This document shows, one piece after another, positions 40,171-51,078 of a stretch of 64,000 bases of DNA. Numbering within the stretch: the first letter of the stretch is position 1; each line of letters begins with the position of its first letter. Source of the DNA: Podarcis liolepis (taxonomy: Eukaryota); assembly GCA_965112155.1 (NCBI GenBank), contig OZ218115.1; one strand, given 5' to 3'. A program made the position numbers and the translations under genes. Under the pieces are notes generated by a model that had not been told where the DNA came from, did not search any database, and saw only the letters and a list, made by a program, of their open reading frames with translations.

Positions 40171-40378
40171 AAATAAAAAAATTCCTTCCAGTAGCACCTT
40201 AAAGACCAACTAAGTTAGTTCTTGGTATGAGCTTTCGTGTGCATGCACACTTCTTCAGATACACTGAAACAGAAGTTGCCAGATCCTTCTATATAGTGAG
40301 AAGGTGGAGAGGGGTATTACTCAGAAGGGTGGTGGGAATGGGTGATTGGCAGATTGCTGAGATGAGCCTGTTGATGAC
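40171..40378 (-). mobile_element. Penelope-like element terminal remnant
   Basis: Shares about 85 bp with 16957-17040 and extends further; contains a hammerhead motif. Confidence 0.75.
40225..40262 (-). ncRNA. Minimal type-I hammerhead ribozyme motif
   Basis: Identical to 17002-17039. Confidence 0.8.
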
Positions 40379-41909
40379 TCTTTTTTTATTATTACTCTAT
40401 TTTTTTATTATTATTAGCATCATCGTCATCATTATCATCATTAAATAATTATTAAAACTTTATGAGCTGGGAGAAAAAAGGATTCAGGAGAACATTTTCC
40501 CTGCTAATTAAGCCATTTAGAAGTCGTTCATAGAAAATAACCTTGGCAGAATTTTATGTCAAAATTATAGCTCGCGCTATAACACTCAGACCAAGTCCCC
40601 AGTGCATTTATTTCATGTCATTTTTTTCCTTGTTGAATATCTTGCTACATGACCGGAAGAGTGCTCTGGGTCTCATTTAATAGTCCCAGAAAGGCTGGAG
40701 GAGGAAAAGCCACATCTTCTCCCCCCGAAGCGAAAAGAACCTTGATTTTTGTATGGCTGGCTGCTATCTCTCTTGTATACCTTTATGAAAACGGCGTCTC
40801 AGGGGCAGGGAGGCTGCATGTAATTGGCAGGAAAAGTCTACGGAACTGATGTTAACTTTCAAACTCGAACGACGGCTTGCGGGTGGGGAGGGCAGGTTAG
40901 GCCCTGATTAATGGCTCTCCTCTGCAGCGCTCAAGGCTGCGGTTTGGTGGACATCACAGATTTGCCTCTGTGTGTACCTTTGATCATGAAGCATGAAGGT
41001 TATTCCCTTGTGCATCTTGTGCCGTAAGCACATTCGTTTCTAGAACTGTAGATTCTTGCTGCTCCGTCAGCTTTTCAGCAGTGAAATTAGCTGTTACAAA
41101 TGCAGTTGTAGTAGAGGTCATTTCATGTCAAGGGTGGGTTTCGGGAAGGGGGGGGGAGAAAGAGTTGTCATCTGTCTGCTGTGTAAAAGCTAAATGTATC
41201 ATGGGAGAGGGCTTTGACAAGTCCGTGCCTTTTGAAAGTAGTAGCCTAACATTCTGGAGCAAACCCCCGTTGAGTTCCAGGGAGCTTTCATGATCTACAT
41301 CCCTGGAGAGCATGGCATTCAAGTCAGAAAAATAAGTATATAGATAAGAGATTAAGTGTTTCGCCAATGCTGGGCTTGCAGAAATAAATGTAAAACCTAG
41401 GCTTAGCTGTTCATTTCTATTTATAGGCACTCATGCTATTTTATTTATTTATTTATTTGCTAGTACACTCTAATCTATGTGGATTAAAAGTTTATCAAGT
41501 GGTTTATACATTATTATTTTTTAAAAAATTGTGCTGCATCTGGGTTATTTGGGATGCTAGTTCATGAAGCCAAAAGAAAAGGTGCGACCTGTCAGTAGAA
41601 GGTCTGTTATACTAAGTTGAGCCTATCAGAGGTCCCCCCCCCCGACACCCAGTTTCTTATTTATGCTCCTTCAGTCTCATACCCTGCAACTGCACCAATC
41701 CATCCTGTATTCACTGCTTTTGGTCTCATGAGATTAACTATTAAGTTAATAGCTGCTTTAGAAGAAAACGAGGGGTTTGCTCCATGGATAGTGTTATGAC
41801 TGGAGCAGCTTGCCTGCTGGGGCGGAGCCATGCTGAACTTCACCCCTCCAAAAAAGACAAATAAATGCATACAGATGCCTCCCTGCGGTCTTTAGGCTGA
41901 AATTGTGTA

Positions 41910-42333
41910 CAGTGGTACCTCTGGTTACAAACTTAATTCACGTTTCCGAGCACAATTCAAGGTGTTGGTGCTGACCTTTAAAGCCCTAAACGGCCTCGGT
42001 CCAGTATACCTGAAGGAGCGTCTCCACCCCCATCATTCTGCCCGGACGCTGAGGTCCAGCGCCGAGGGCCTTCTGGCGGTTCCCTCATTGCGAGAAGCAA
42101 AGCTACAGGGAACCAGGCAGAGGGCCTTCTTGGTAGTGGCGCCCGCCCTGTGGAACACCCTTCCAGCAGATGTCAAAGCGATAAACAACTACCTGACATT
42201 CAGAAGACATCTTAAGGCAGCCCTGTTCAGGGAAGTTTTTAACGTGTGATATTTTACTGTATTTTTGGTTTTTATGGAAGCCGCCCAGAGTGGCTGGGGA
42301 GGCCCAGCCAGATGGGCGGGGTATAAATAATAA

Positions 42334-42377
<44 letters not shown>

Positions 42378-42560
42378 AGAGGTCCGTTCTTAACCTGAAA
42401 CCATTCTTAACCTGAGGTACCACTTTAGCTAATGGGGCCTCCTGCTGCTGCCGCACAATTTCTGTTCTCATCCTGAGGTAAAGTTCTTAACCCGAGGTAC
42501 TACTTCCAGGTTAGCAGAGTCTGTAACCCAAAGTGTTTGTAACCTGAGGTGTTTGTACTG
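41910..42560. mobile_element. pogo/Tigger-like MITE split by an L2 insertion
   Basis: TA|CAGTGGTACCTC left end; MITE body resumes at about 42377 (GAGGTCCGTTCTTAACC) and ends ...ACTG|TA. Confidence 0.8.
41940..42376 (+). mobile_element. L2-clade LINE 3' fragment with (TTA)n tail
   Basis: RFRAQFKVLVLTFKALNGLGPVYLKERL... plus tail. Confidence 0.88.
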
Positions 42561-42994
42561 TATTTCTGCATCTGTGTTTCTGCATCTGCCGCTTCTTTCT
42601 TGCCAAGCAGTTGTCACAGTGAGTTTTCCTTGAAGGTGATACAGTGCTACTCATTTCCTATTTGCCACCAAGCTTCTCCAGCCAGCGAGAAATGCTGCAA
42701 GGCATAAAGTGAAGGCCCTTGTCAGTTGACTTGTTTTGGAAACCACTGAACCCCTCTTGTCAAATCATTGCTAGTCTTCTCACACACAGCCAAGCCTTTC
42801 GTGTTTTTGTTGAGGAGTCTGAGTCATGGGATATGCATCGCTGGAGCTGCTGAATCCCCACATGCCTCTTGCAGCCAGCCACCTCTATAATGATTTTACT
42901 TGGTAAATAAAACAAATGTGACTGCTTCTCAGTACCGGACAGCTTTGTTTTCAGTCAAAGAAGTGCTTCTGAATAGTTAGCACAGAGTCATATG

Positions 42995-43412
42995 GTACGT
43001 TTCCGGGCAGAATTCAGAGTGTTGGTGCTGACCTTTAAGGCCCTAAACGGCCTTGGTCCAGTATACCTGAAGGAGCGTTTCCACCTCCATCATTCTACCC
43101 GGACACTGAGGTCCAGCACCGAGCGCCTTCTGGCAGTTCCCTCACTGTGAGAAGCCAAGTTACGGGGAACCAGGCAGAGGGCCTTCTCGGTAGTGGCACC
43201 CGCCCTATGGAATGCCCTCCCACCAGATGTCAAAGAGAACAACAGCTACCAGACTTTTAGAAGACATCTGAAGGCAGCCCTGTTTAGGGAAGCTTTTAAT
43301 GTTTGACAGACTATTGTATTTTAATATTTTGTTGGAAGCCACCCCAAGTGGCTGGGGAAACCAAGCCAGATGGGCAGGGTATAAATAATAAATTATTATT
43401 GTTGTTGTTGTT
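42995..43412 (+). mobile_element. L2-clade LINE 3' fragment
   Basis: Same family as 41940. Confidence 0.86.
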
Positions 43413-45638
43413 ATGGGGAACAGGGTCTCTTCCCCCTCCCCATATTTCCAGTGTTAGGGAGGGAAATTTCCACATAAATCACCACAGTTTGAAATTGGTA
43501 TATGGGTAACTGAGAAAAGCAAAGCAAAACCTCAGTCTAACTGGGAGAGTTATCCCCCACCCCACCCAGCTTTTAGTGAAAAATCTTTGGCTGTTGATGG
43601 TCACCGTTTTGGAATATATTAAAAAAAACCAACTTCTGAAATTGAATATTAGATACAGTATTTGTGTATTAAATAATCAGTAGTCTGAGGAAACAATGCT
43701 TTAACATTTAAAACTTCCCCTTCTTCCCCCAGTTAGGGTGACAGATTTGTCATTGATAGTTGGTGGTTTTCCCCCCAGATACTCTGAAATTCAAAACCGG
43801 GATGGAAATTAAGGAAATACAAGTAAGACCTGCGACAAGATATTGCTGTGTGGACTGTGCTCCTGTTCAGGATTTCCTTCTTCAGGATACTATATTCTGT
43901 GCCCTCCACAATTTTCTCTAAGCAGCAGTCAGTCATTTTGTGCCCACATACAGTACCTTGGGTGGTTTATATACAATAAATAAGCAGGGAGTGAAAATCG
44001 ACATCAGGAACAAAGGGGAATAAAGAAAGACCTCAAAATCTGCTGCCCCTGTGGATCTTGCTGCCTGAGGCAGTTGACTCCTCTTCCCTTCCCTGACTCT
44101 GTCTGGCACTGGAAAGACTATAAAGATGGGTGCCAGGTGAGCCGCTTTGGAAGACTATTTCATAACTGGGATTGTGATTGCTGAAAAGGGGGCAAGTTCA
44201 GGAAGTATGAAGTTCTGCAGGCCATAACACATGGTTGTTGGACAGTATTCAGCTCAATAAGTCATTAGCTGGCCTGGTCTATAAAATGAAGCTTTGTCTA
44301 TGCAAGGCTTATGCAATCTACAGGTGCAGTACATATTTTTGTATTCACTTTCCAGTGCCACTGTACTTCATCTTGCCCTGTCCATGCATAAAATATCTAA
44401 CAGCCGAGGGTTCTTTTTCATGCTCAGTTAATGTCATGGGTTTCTTTGAACAAGATTGTATAGAATCCCAGGTTTTCATAGGGTTTCACTTGGATAGGTA
44501 GCTAATCTTGCAAATGGTTTCTTCTTTCTTAAGTTTGGATTTTCCTCCAGTTTTTTCCCAGTTCAGCCCACCAGCTGATTCTGCTGTCCTGAACAAGCAA
44601 CACCTTCTGGTCAGCAGGTGGCACTAGACAAAAAGGTATTTAATAACAAGTGATGGTTCTCATAGCAAAGAAACCTTTAGATTTTTGCTATTGTAGTTCT
44701 TGGTTTCAGCTTTGTCAAAACCTTATTTCAGATGAACTGTGATACCAGAGTCTTGTACATCAATAAGGAGACACCAGGAATTGGGCAACCCTGTCATCTG
44801 CATGGACTAAGTTTCCAGAGAAATGAACATAATAGTTTAAAGCCTGACTTGATCAAAGCAAACAAAACTGTATTCATTGTGTGTTGTGGGTAACTGTTTA
44901 ATCCTAAAATAAAAGAACATAAATGTTATTCATATCAAAACAGAATCTAGGAAAATAGGAGTGTTGCAATCACAGCCACCACTCGTACCCCCCACCCATA
45001 ATGGTTTGTTACACGTTATCTCCAAGTTATCTCAAAAGTATCCAGTTTCCAGAAGCAGGTGATAAGGAAAGCTATCCAGTTGGAGATGAAAGCCTTTATA
45101 TCTTCAAATAGGCTATCTTTGCTAATCATGGCGTGAGGATATTTCTTCACTTTGCATTTTCCAGACAATTATTGCTTGATCCAGACAGTTTTAAGGGATT
45201 AATTCTGGATGTAAAAGCAGCTAAGAAAGATTTTCCCCCTGATTAATGGCCCTGAATACTGATAAAAGGAACTGATAACACTAATAACCTGTCCATAAAG
45301 GAGTTTAATGACAAATCTAACCATGCAGGCAATTATGGAGGTAGGGGTGATTTAAAATGTTTCCCAAACACGTTTATGTGGGTGTTTTGTCTTCCTCACT
45401 ATCCATATAGAAAAGCCAGTTCCCAACATTCTGTCACACTCTAATATAACCAGGAAACAGTAACCAGAATTAGGCTGTGCTGGTGAATGGTTCAGGCATA
45501 TACTCCATGCCTCTCCTGCCCTTAAAGGCTGAGGTCAGGAGCAGTGTTAGAAACTCAGAGATATAAGTTAGGCACCAAATGGCCCCTTAAACCAGGATTA
45601 CAGTCGCAGAACAGAATACCTTGTTGCCATTTGGGAGC

Positions 45639-45704
45639 TAGAATCATAGAATCATAGAGTTGGAAGAGACCACAAGGGCCATCGAGTCCAACCCCCTGCC
45701 AAGC
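45639..45704 (-). mobile_element. CR1 3' tail fragment
   Basis: (TAGAATCA)n octamer tail plus GTTGGAAGAGACCACAAGGGCCATCGAGTCCAACCCC; an opposite-orientation copy lies at about 26750-26810. Confidence 0.8.
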
Positions 45705-47065
45705 CGGAAGACAGCTTCAGTACAATTTTTGGTTCCTGAAATTCATTCTGATAAAATATAATAGACGGCGTTCTACAGGATGTGTGTGTGAAAACAGTCA
45801 AGATCCAAGGATCCCCAGGCATAAACTTCCAGATGGTGGAGACATCAGGTGCCATCCTGGCACTCAAACATCCAAACTTGGTCACAAAGGATTGATAGCG
45901 AGGTGCAAAATGCACCTATTGCCTGGTGAATTTCAAACGCTGGTCAGGAGGGGTGGAGGGCATATTTAGTCTCACGCCAGTAGTGTAACTAAGGCAAGTC
46001 AGGGTCAGCCCTTTCCCTTCTGACATGGGTGAGAACTGACTACAACAGGACAGCTGCATGAAGTAGCGGCTCTGGAACTGCAGCATCTACTCCACTCAAG
46101 GTTGATTTTAATTAAGCGGTATATAAATTGTTGAAATAAAAATAAATAAAAGGGAGGCCTGCCAGAGATGGCAAGTTTATGAACCGTTCACATTTCTGGT
46201 TATGGAAGCTTTATGAAAAAGTAGTTCTGTAATAAATGTATTGGTATTGGGCATAAACATGCTGTAAGTGTCTGTATTTTTATAATTTGGGTACTGTATT
46301 CTGCTCGGTATTAATTATTTTTACATAATTTTCTTGCTATAATGGCCAGCATTAAAATGCAATGATAAACAGATAAATGAAAGGGGTGTAATAAATGAAA
46401 GAGCCGTAGAGGCAGCAACCCCAATACAAAATCTCAGCCTAGGAAATACCAGTGGGTACGCAACCCATTGTAGCTCTTCAGAGCACTTATTAGTTGTAGA
46501 ATTTCTGTCCTGCCCAGAGGCTCTCAAAGTAGCTTACAATAATTATTAAAATGATAAGATCGATTGGGGGGGGGGGAGAGCACAAAGAAACAGAACTCTT
46601 CAGTACCATATGAGGTTAAAACAAGAGTCTAATAATTGTACAATCTGAAAAGGCCTTGGCAGATAAAGTGGTTTTCACTTTGCGCTGGAAAGTCCTCAAA
46701 CTCATTGCCAGACAAGCTTCCCTGGGGAGAGGGTTAAAAAGTATAGCCCAATCTCAGATTAGGAGTGGGGAGAAATTAGGTTTGGTTTTCATTCTAAAGT
46801 GAACCTAACTAATTCACACTTGAAATGCAACCCAAACGTAGCTGTCTTTTGAACCCCACACTTCTTTGATTTTGTGATGCAGTACAAAAAGTGCAGCCTA
46901 CAAAATGTATATATTAGAAGGAAATGTGTATTAAAACGCATGCAAAAAAATTGCATATATTAGTAAAAGCATACAAAATGCATTACTGTATATATGGGGA
47001 AATTGCTTGCAAAAGCATGTACCTTAGGCAAAACTGAACATTAAAATGCTGGCAAATCTTCCTGG

Positions 47066-47085
47066 GGATGGATGGATGGATAGAT

Positions 47086-47136
<51 letters not shown>

Positions 47137-47153
47137 GATAGATAGTGATAGAT
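47066..47153. repeat. (GGAT)n/(GATA)n microsatellite
   Basis: Directly visible. Confidence 0.95.
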
Positions 47154-48246
47154 CAGATTGATGTAGAAATGTCATTGTAACATCTTAATTTAGAAGCCTA
47201 AATTAATCCATCCCTTATCTCAGGTCAACCTGCCTCATCTCCCAAGGTGAACACATTGGTGCAAGGAAAAAATAGGTATAAAAGGAGAATTCCTAGTTTC
47301 CAAGATTTGTGGCAAGAACTCCTTGGGGAGAACCACTCGTATTTGTTAGTGAACAGCTGCTACCACCTGCCCCTTCCCAGAATGCCCTCGACACAGTGTC
47401 ATTCTGGGGGGTTCTGGGAAATGAATGGCAGGTGCCATTCTTTTGTGGCGGCCACCAGACAACTGCTGTAAATATATTTACTGTTCATCCTTGCTGAAAA
47501 CAGGGCCAGGGCCAGGTTTTGGGGAGGCCTGGGGTATCCCCACCCACTCCTCAACATCACTATTGCTACTGCTAGAGAAAGAGGGCACAGTGAGAAAGAT
47601 TTATCACAGCTTCTAATTGCTTGCTCTTCTAATTGCTTGATCACACAGGATCAAACAAGATGTTCAACTTAATGCTAAGAGGGATGTGCATGTGTAGAAA
47701 GAGGTCTGCTCATGCAACTGGGCTTCCCCTCCCCTCCCCCCACTTGCCCTCTAAACACATGCTGGAATTTACACTAACAGCCCCCCCAAGCAGATTTAGG
47801 GGACGCAGAGGGCATGCAGTCCATTGTGTGAGTAGACTTGTTTCTATGCATGCAACATATTAGTTGAGTCCCACCAATTATTTTTAATATGTAGCCTGCA
47901 TCTATATATATGTGTGTGTTCCCCCACCCAACTCTTTTTTAAAAAATCCATTGTTTTTCAATGAAGTTCATCTCAAGGAACATGAAATCCCTGATAATTC
48001 ACCCACATCACAGCTCCATGCTTTGTGCTTCTTCTCAAACTTGCTACAGTTGTTTTCCATTTCGTCTTTCACATGGAAGATTTTCTAGCTACTGCAGGTG
48101 GGGGGTGGGGAATAATCCAAATAACAGTTTTTATTTCCTCAAAGCAGCAGCAAAAGAAAATCAGTCTCCTGGACTGTAATACAATTGCAAAATTTCAGGG
48201 CTTTTCCTCCCTGCTGTTCTCTCTTTGAACTTTTCACTAAATTACT

Positions 48247-48659
48247 ATTGCGCGGACAGGCGGAGTCCCCAGATCCTGCACGGCCCCCCCTGTCATGTGG
48301 AATAACGACTCAAGACAACGTGCTATGGGATTAAATTGGCCACAACTTTATTAAATTTCAAATGTGGGTAGACCTTGGCTCAGGCATTGGGCGTTCTCCC
48401 TCCCTGGTCCCCCGCCGGGGACCTAGGGAGCATCAGGGTTATCCAGTGTGTGTGTGGGGGATGGGCCGGCTCTGGAGAACATATGTTCAAGCAGAGATGG
48501 CCGCCCCCGTAACGCCGCCGCCGCAGGAGAGAGCAATGACGACCTTTCGGTGTACGGCCAAAGCCTCCCTTCAGAAAACCCCTTTAATGGGGAACCCTGG
48601 TATCGCCGCCGCAAGAGGAAGATGGACAAAAGGATTCCGCCCAAGGCCTGATACCGCCA
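48247..48659 (-). repeat. Split direct repeat B2 (413 bp)
   Basis: No difference seen by eye against 49107-49519 (offset 860); minus-strand AATAAA at 48347-48352. Confidence 0.95.
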
Positions 48660-48843
48660 AAGTTGTGACGTTTTGCTACGGGAAAGGCGAAACCTGCCAA
48701 TGCAGGGAAATTCCTTTCCGGCCCTTTAACAGCGACCTTAACGTAGCAGCGCCCGCATACCTGTGAAGAAACGTTAACCTGCAAAACCTGTGAAGAAAAG
48801 TTAACCTGCAAAATAAGACATTAACTGAGGGTGGGTAGGGTGG

Positions 48844-49109
48844 GAGAAGCTCTGGAGCCAAGTGAGGATTCCTAGGTAAGATCCTCCCTCTATTGTGTGG
48901 GCAGGTAATCCCTCCCCTACCTGGCCTGGTCTCCTTGGCAACGCTTCCCCCAGGTGGGATTGGACAACTGACTGAGGTAGGCGGAGACCTCCAGGTATCC
49001 CACCTGAGGGAAGGCAAAGCCAAGCCTATGCTGTTGGGGCGCTCCAGATCTAGGGGCTGCACGCGCCCGCGCAAAGGGCGCCCCCCGTTTTAAGTGGGGA
49101 GCGGTCATT
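48844..49109 (-). repeat. Split direct repeat A2 (266-bp shared part)
   Basis: No difference seen by eye against 53125-53390 (offset 4281). Confidence 0.95.
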
Positions 49110-49519
49110 GCGCGGACAGGCGGAGTCCCCAGATCCTGCACGGCCCCCCCTGTCATGTGGAATAACGACTCAAGACAACGTGCTATGGGATTAAATTGGC
49201 CACAACTTTATTAAATTTCAAATGTGGGTAGACCTTGGCTCAGGCATTGGGCGTTCTCCCTCCCTGGTCCCCCGCCGGGGACCTAGGGAGCATCAGGGTT
49301 ATCCAGTGTGTGTGTGGGGGATGGGCCGGCTCTGGAGAACATATGTTCAAGCAGAGATGGCCGCCCCCGTAACGCCGCCGCCGCAGGAGAGAGCAATGAC
49401 GACCTTTCGGTGTACGGCCAAAGCCTCCCTTCAGAAAACCCCTTTAATGGGGAACCCTGGTATCGCCGCCGCAAGAGGAAGATGGACAAAAGGATTCCGC
49501 CCAAGGCCTGATACCGCCA
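49107..49519 (-). repeat. Split direct repeat B1 with polyadenylation signal
   Basis: Copy of B2; minus-strand AATAAA at 49207-49212. Confidence 0.95.
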
Positions 49520-49559
49520 CCCGAGACCGCAAAGATTGCGGTCTCGCCGCCAAGACTAC

Positions 49560-50157
49560 CTACATCTGAAAAACGCCTTTGCCATCCTCCAACCAGTCCA
49601 TCAGGCCATGCCTGATGTCGCTTAGCCAACGCTCATTGCCAAGGTCCGATAGGTGCACGCCATCCGGCCGAAATAGCTCCTGCATGTAAACTTTAATGTT
49701 GGGGTGTTTCACGACCCGACCTCCCATGCGAGTGGTTGCAGAGCGCACTGCCCTATTGATTTTTTTCCACAGTGTAATTGAGTCTAGTGGGTTTGATGTT
49801 GCCACGCCAATGCAAGCGTGGTAAAAGTTCGGACCAGAAAATCGTGATACTGGGGTGAGTGGCGTGTACGCTTTCCAGGTCTGCGATCGCTGTTTTGATC
49901 AGAATTATGCTTTTTTGCACGACCAAGTCATTTTCGCCGAGGTGGAGCACAACCGCGCTTGGCGGGTGGCGGAACGCAAGTTCGTGACGCAACCGAGGGA
50001 GCAGGGCATCCCACCGCATTCCACGTTGTCCGAACCAGGTAATGGAGATCTTTGGCTGCAGACCCAGATGTTCACCGCCTGGACCAGCAATGGCGTGGAT
50101 GGCCGCCCAATGCACTATTCTGTGGCCGAAGATCCACACATGTTTGGGGGTTGAGTC
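49560..50157 (-). pseudogene. SGNH/GDSL-type hydrolase (esterase) ORF of the Ngaro element, frameshifted in this copy
   Basis: Block I-like WIFGH(R)IV with R at the usual Ser position, block II G (GQRGMRW), block III LHLGENDL, block V DGVHLS; split over ORFs 49753-50139 and 49560-49805, probably at an A7 run near 49760-49766. Confidence 0.82.
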
Positions 50158-50169
50158 TGAAAGAAAGGA

Positions 50170-51078
50170 TTATATGGTATCTGTCAGTGCCTGCTGGTTG
50201 TGTCTAATGTAGCCTTTGAAGGCAGCTGAACGCCACCGCCCCATTGTTTTTATGTGTTCGGCCGGGAGGCCGCTCGCAGCTGCCGTGGTTGCTGCACCAA
50301 TGCGAAAAGAATGCCCGGAAAATTGTGCCGGGTCGCCTCCACAGGCATGTATGGCCTTACGCAATATTGAGACAAATTGGCAACGGGTCATGGGGCGGCC
50401 TGATGCATGAATGAGGAGGGGGCCTGGTCCCGGAGGGCGTACCTTCAGGAATTTTCGTGTGTCCGCGACGGGGCATGGTCCAGTGTGTGGGGAGGAGGCT
50501 AGACTTAGCGTGGAACCCCTGCCCAGTTGATCGGTTTTGGAGCTTCGGATTTTGACCTGTATCATGTGCTTGTCAAGGTTGATATCAGCCACAGACAAGC
50601 CCCTGCGATGAGGTGACAGTGTGCCCCCAACGCACTCTCCGATACGGAGCGCACCAAAGAAGGCCAGGGAGAAGGCCGCCCTGAAGAGCCTAACCTCATA
50701 GTTGGACCAGCAAATGCTGGGGAGCGCATCCCATATCGTCTGGAGGATCTCAATGGTTACTGGCCTCCTCTTATCTGGAATGGGCGGGTGGGAGCGACGC
50801 CACCCTGCAATAAGCTTCCTTACGTGGAAAGTGTTACAGGGGTCTGGGAACCAAAAACAGTTGCTGAAGTATGAGATAGCGGCCTTGTGCAGGCTGATGG
50901 TCTTAAGGGCCATGCCTCTACGCTTTAGGTGAACCAAATATTTTAGAACATCATGCTCCTTAGCAGCACGTCTGCGTCGTAAACCAAACTTATCTCTGAA
51001 CCCCTCGAATTGGGACCATGCTCTGGTAGAGGACTGCAATGTTGATGGTGCAAGGGCGCTCAGTACTCCTGCTGTCAC
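50170..51078 (-). CDS. Tyrosine recombinase (YR) of the Ngaro element
   Basis: Catalytic residues in FFGALRIGE (R), SKTDQ (K), GHSFRIGAAT (HxxR), MGRWRSAAFKGYIR (W, Y); frame stays open upstream of the GTG to at least 51165. Confidence 0.93.
   Translation of the reverse strand: MTAGVLSALAPSTLQSSTRAWSQFEGFRDKFGLRRRRAAKEHDVLKYLVHLKRRGMALKTISLHKAAISYFSNCFWFPDPCNTFHVRKLIAGWRRSHPPIPDKRRPVTIEILQTIWDALPSICWSNYEVRLFRAAFSLAFFGALRIGECVGGTLSPHRRGLSVADINLDKHMIQVKIRSSKTDQLGRGSTLSLASSPHTGPCPVADTRKFLKVRPPGPGPLLIHASGRPMTRCQFVSILRKAIHACGGDPAQFSGHSFRIGAATTAAASGLPAEHIKTMGRWRSAAFKGYIRHNQQALTDTI

Noticed and set aside
48247-49519. Identical 413-bp and 266-bp duplications as an assembly artefact
   Set aside because: Their order and the shared ATT junction match the expected Ngaro split-direct-repeat layout.
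48362-49569. Duplicated small ORFs (MWVDLGSG..., MGGILLS..., MRGRVQP...)
   Set aside because: They are translations of the A and B terminal repeats, with no recognisable domains.
50170-51078. Phage integrase, prophage or bacterial contamination
   Set aside because: The YR sits with a DIRS-type RT/RNase H, zinc-finger gag and split direct repeats, embedded in lizard repeats; it is a eukaryotic retrotransposon.
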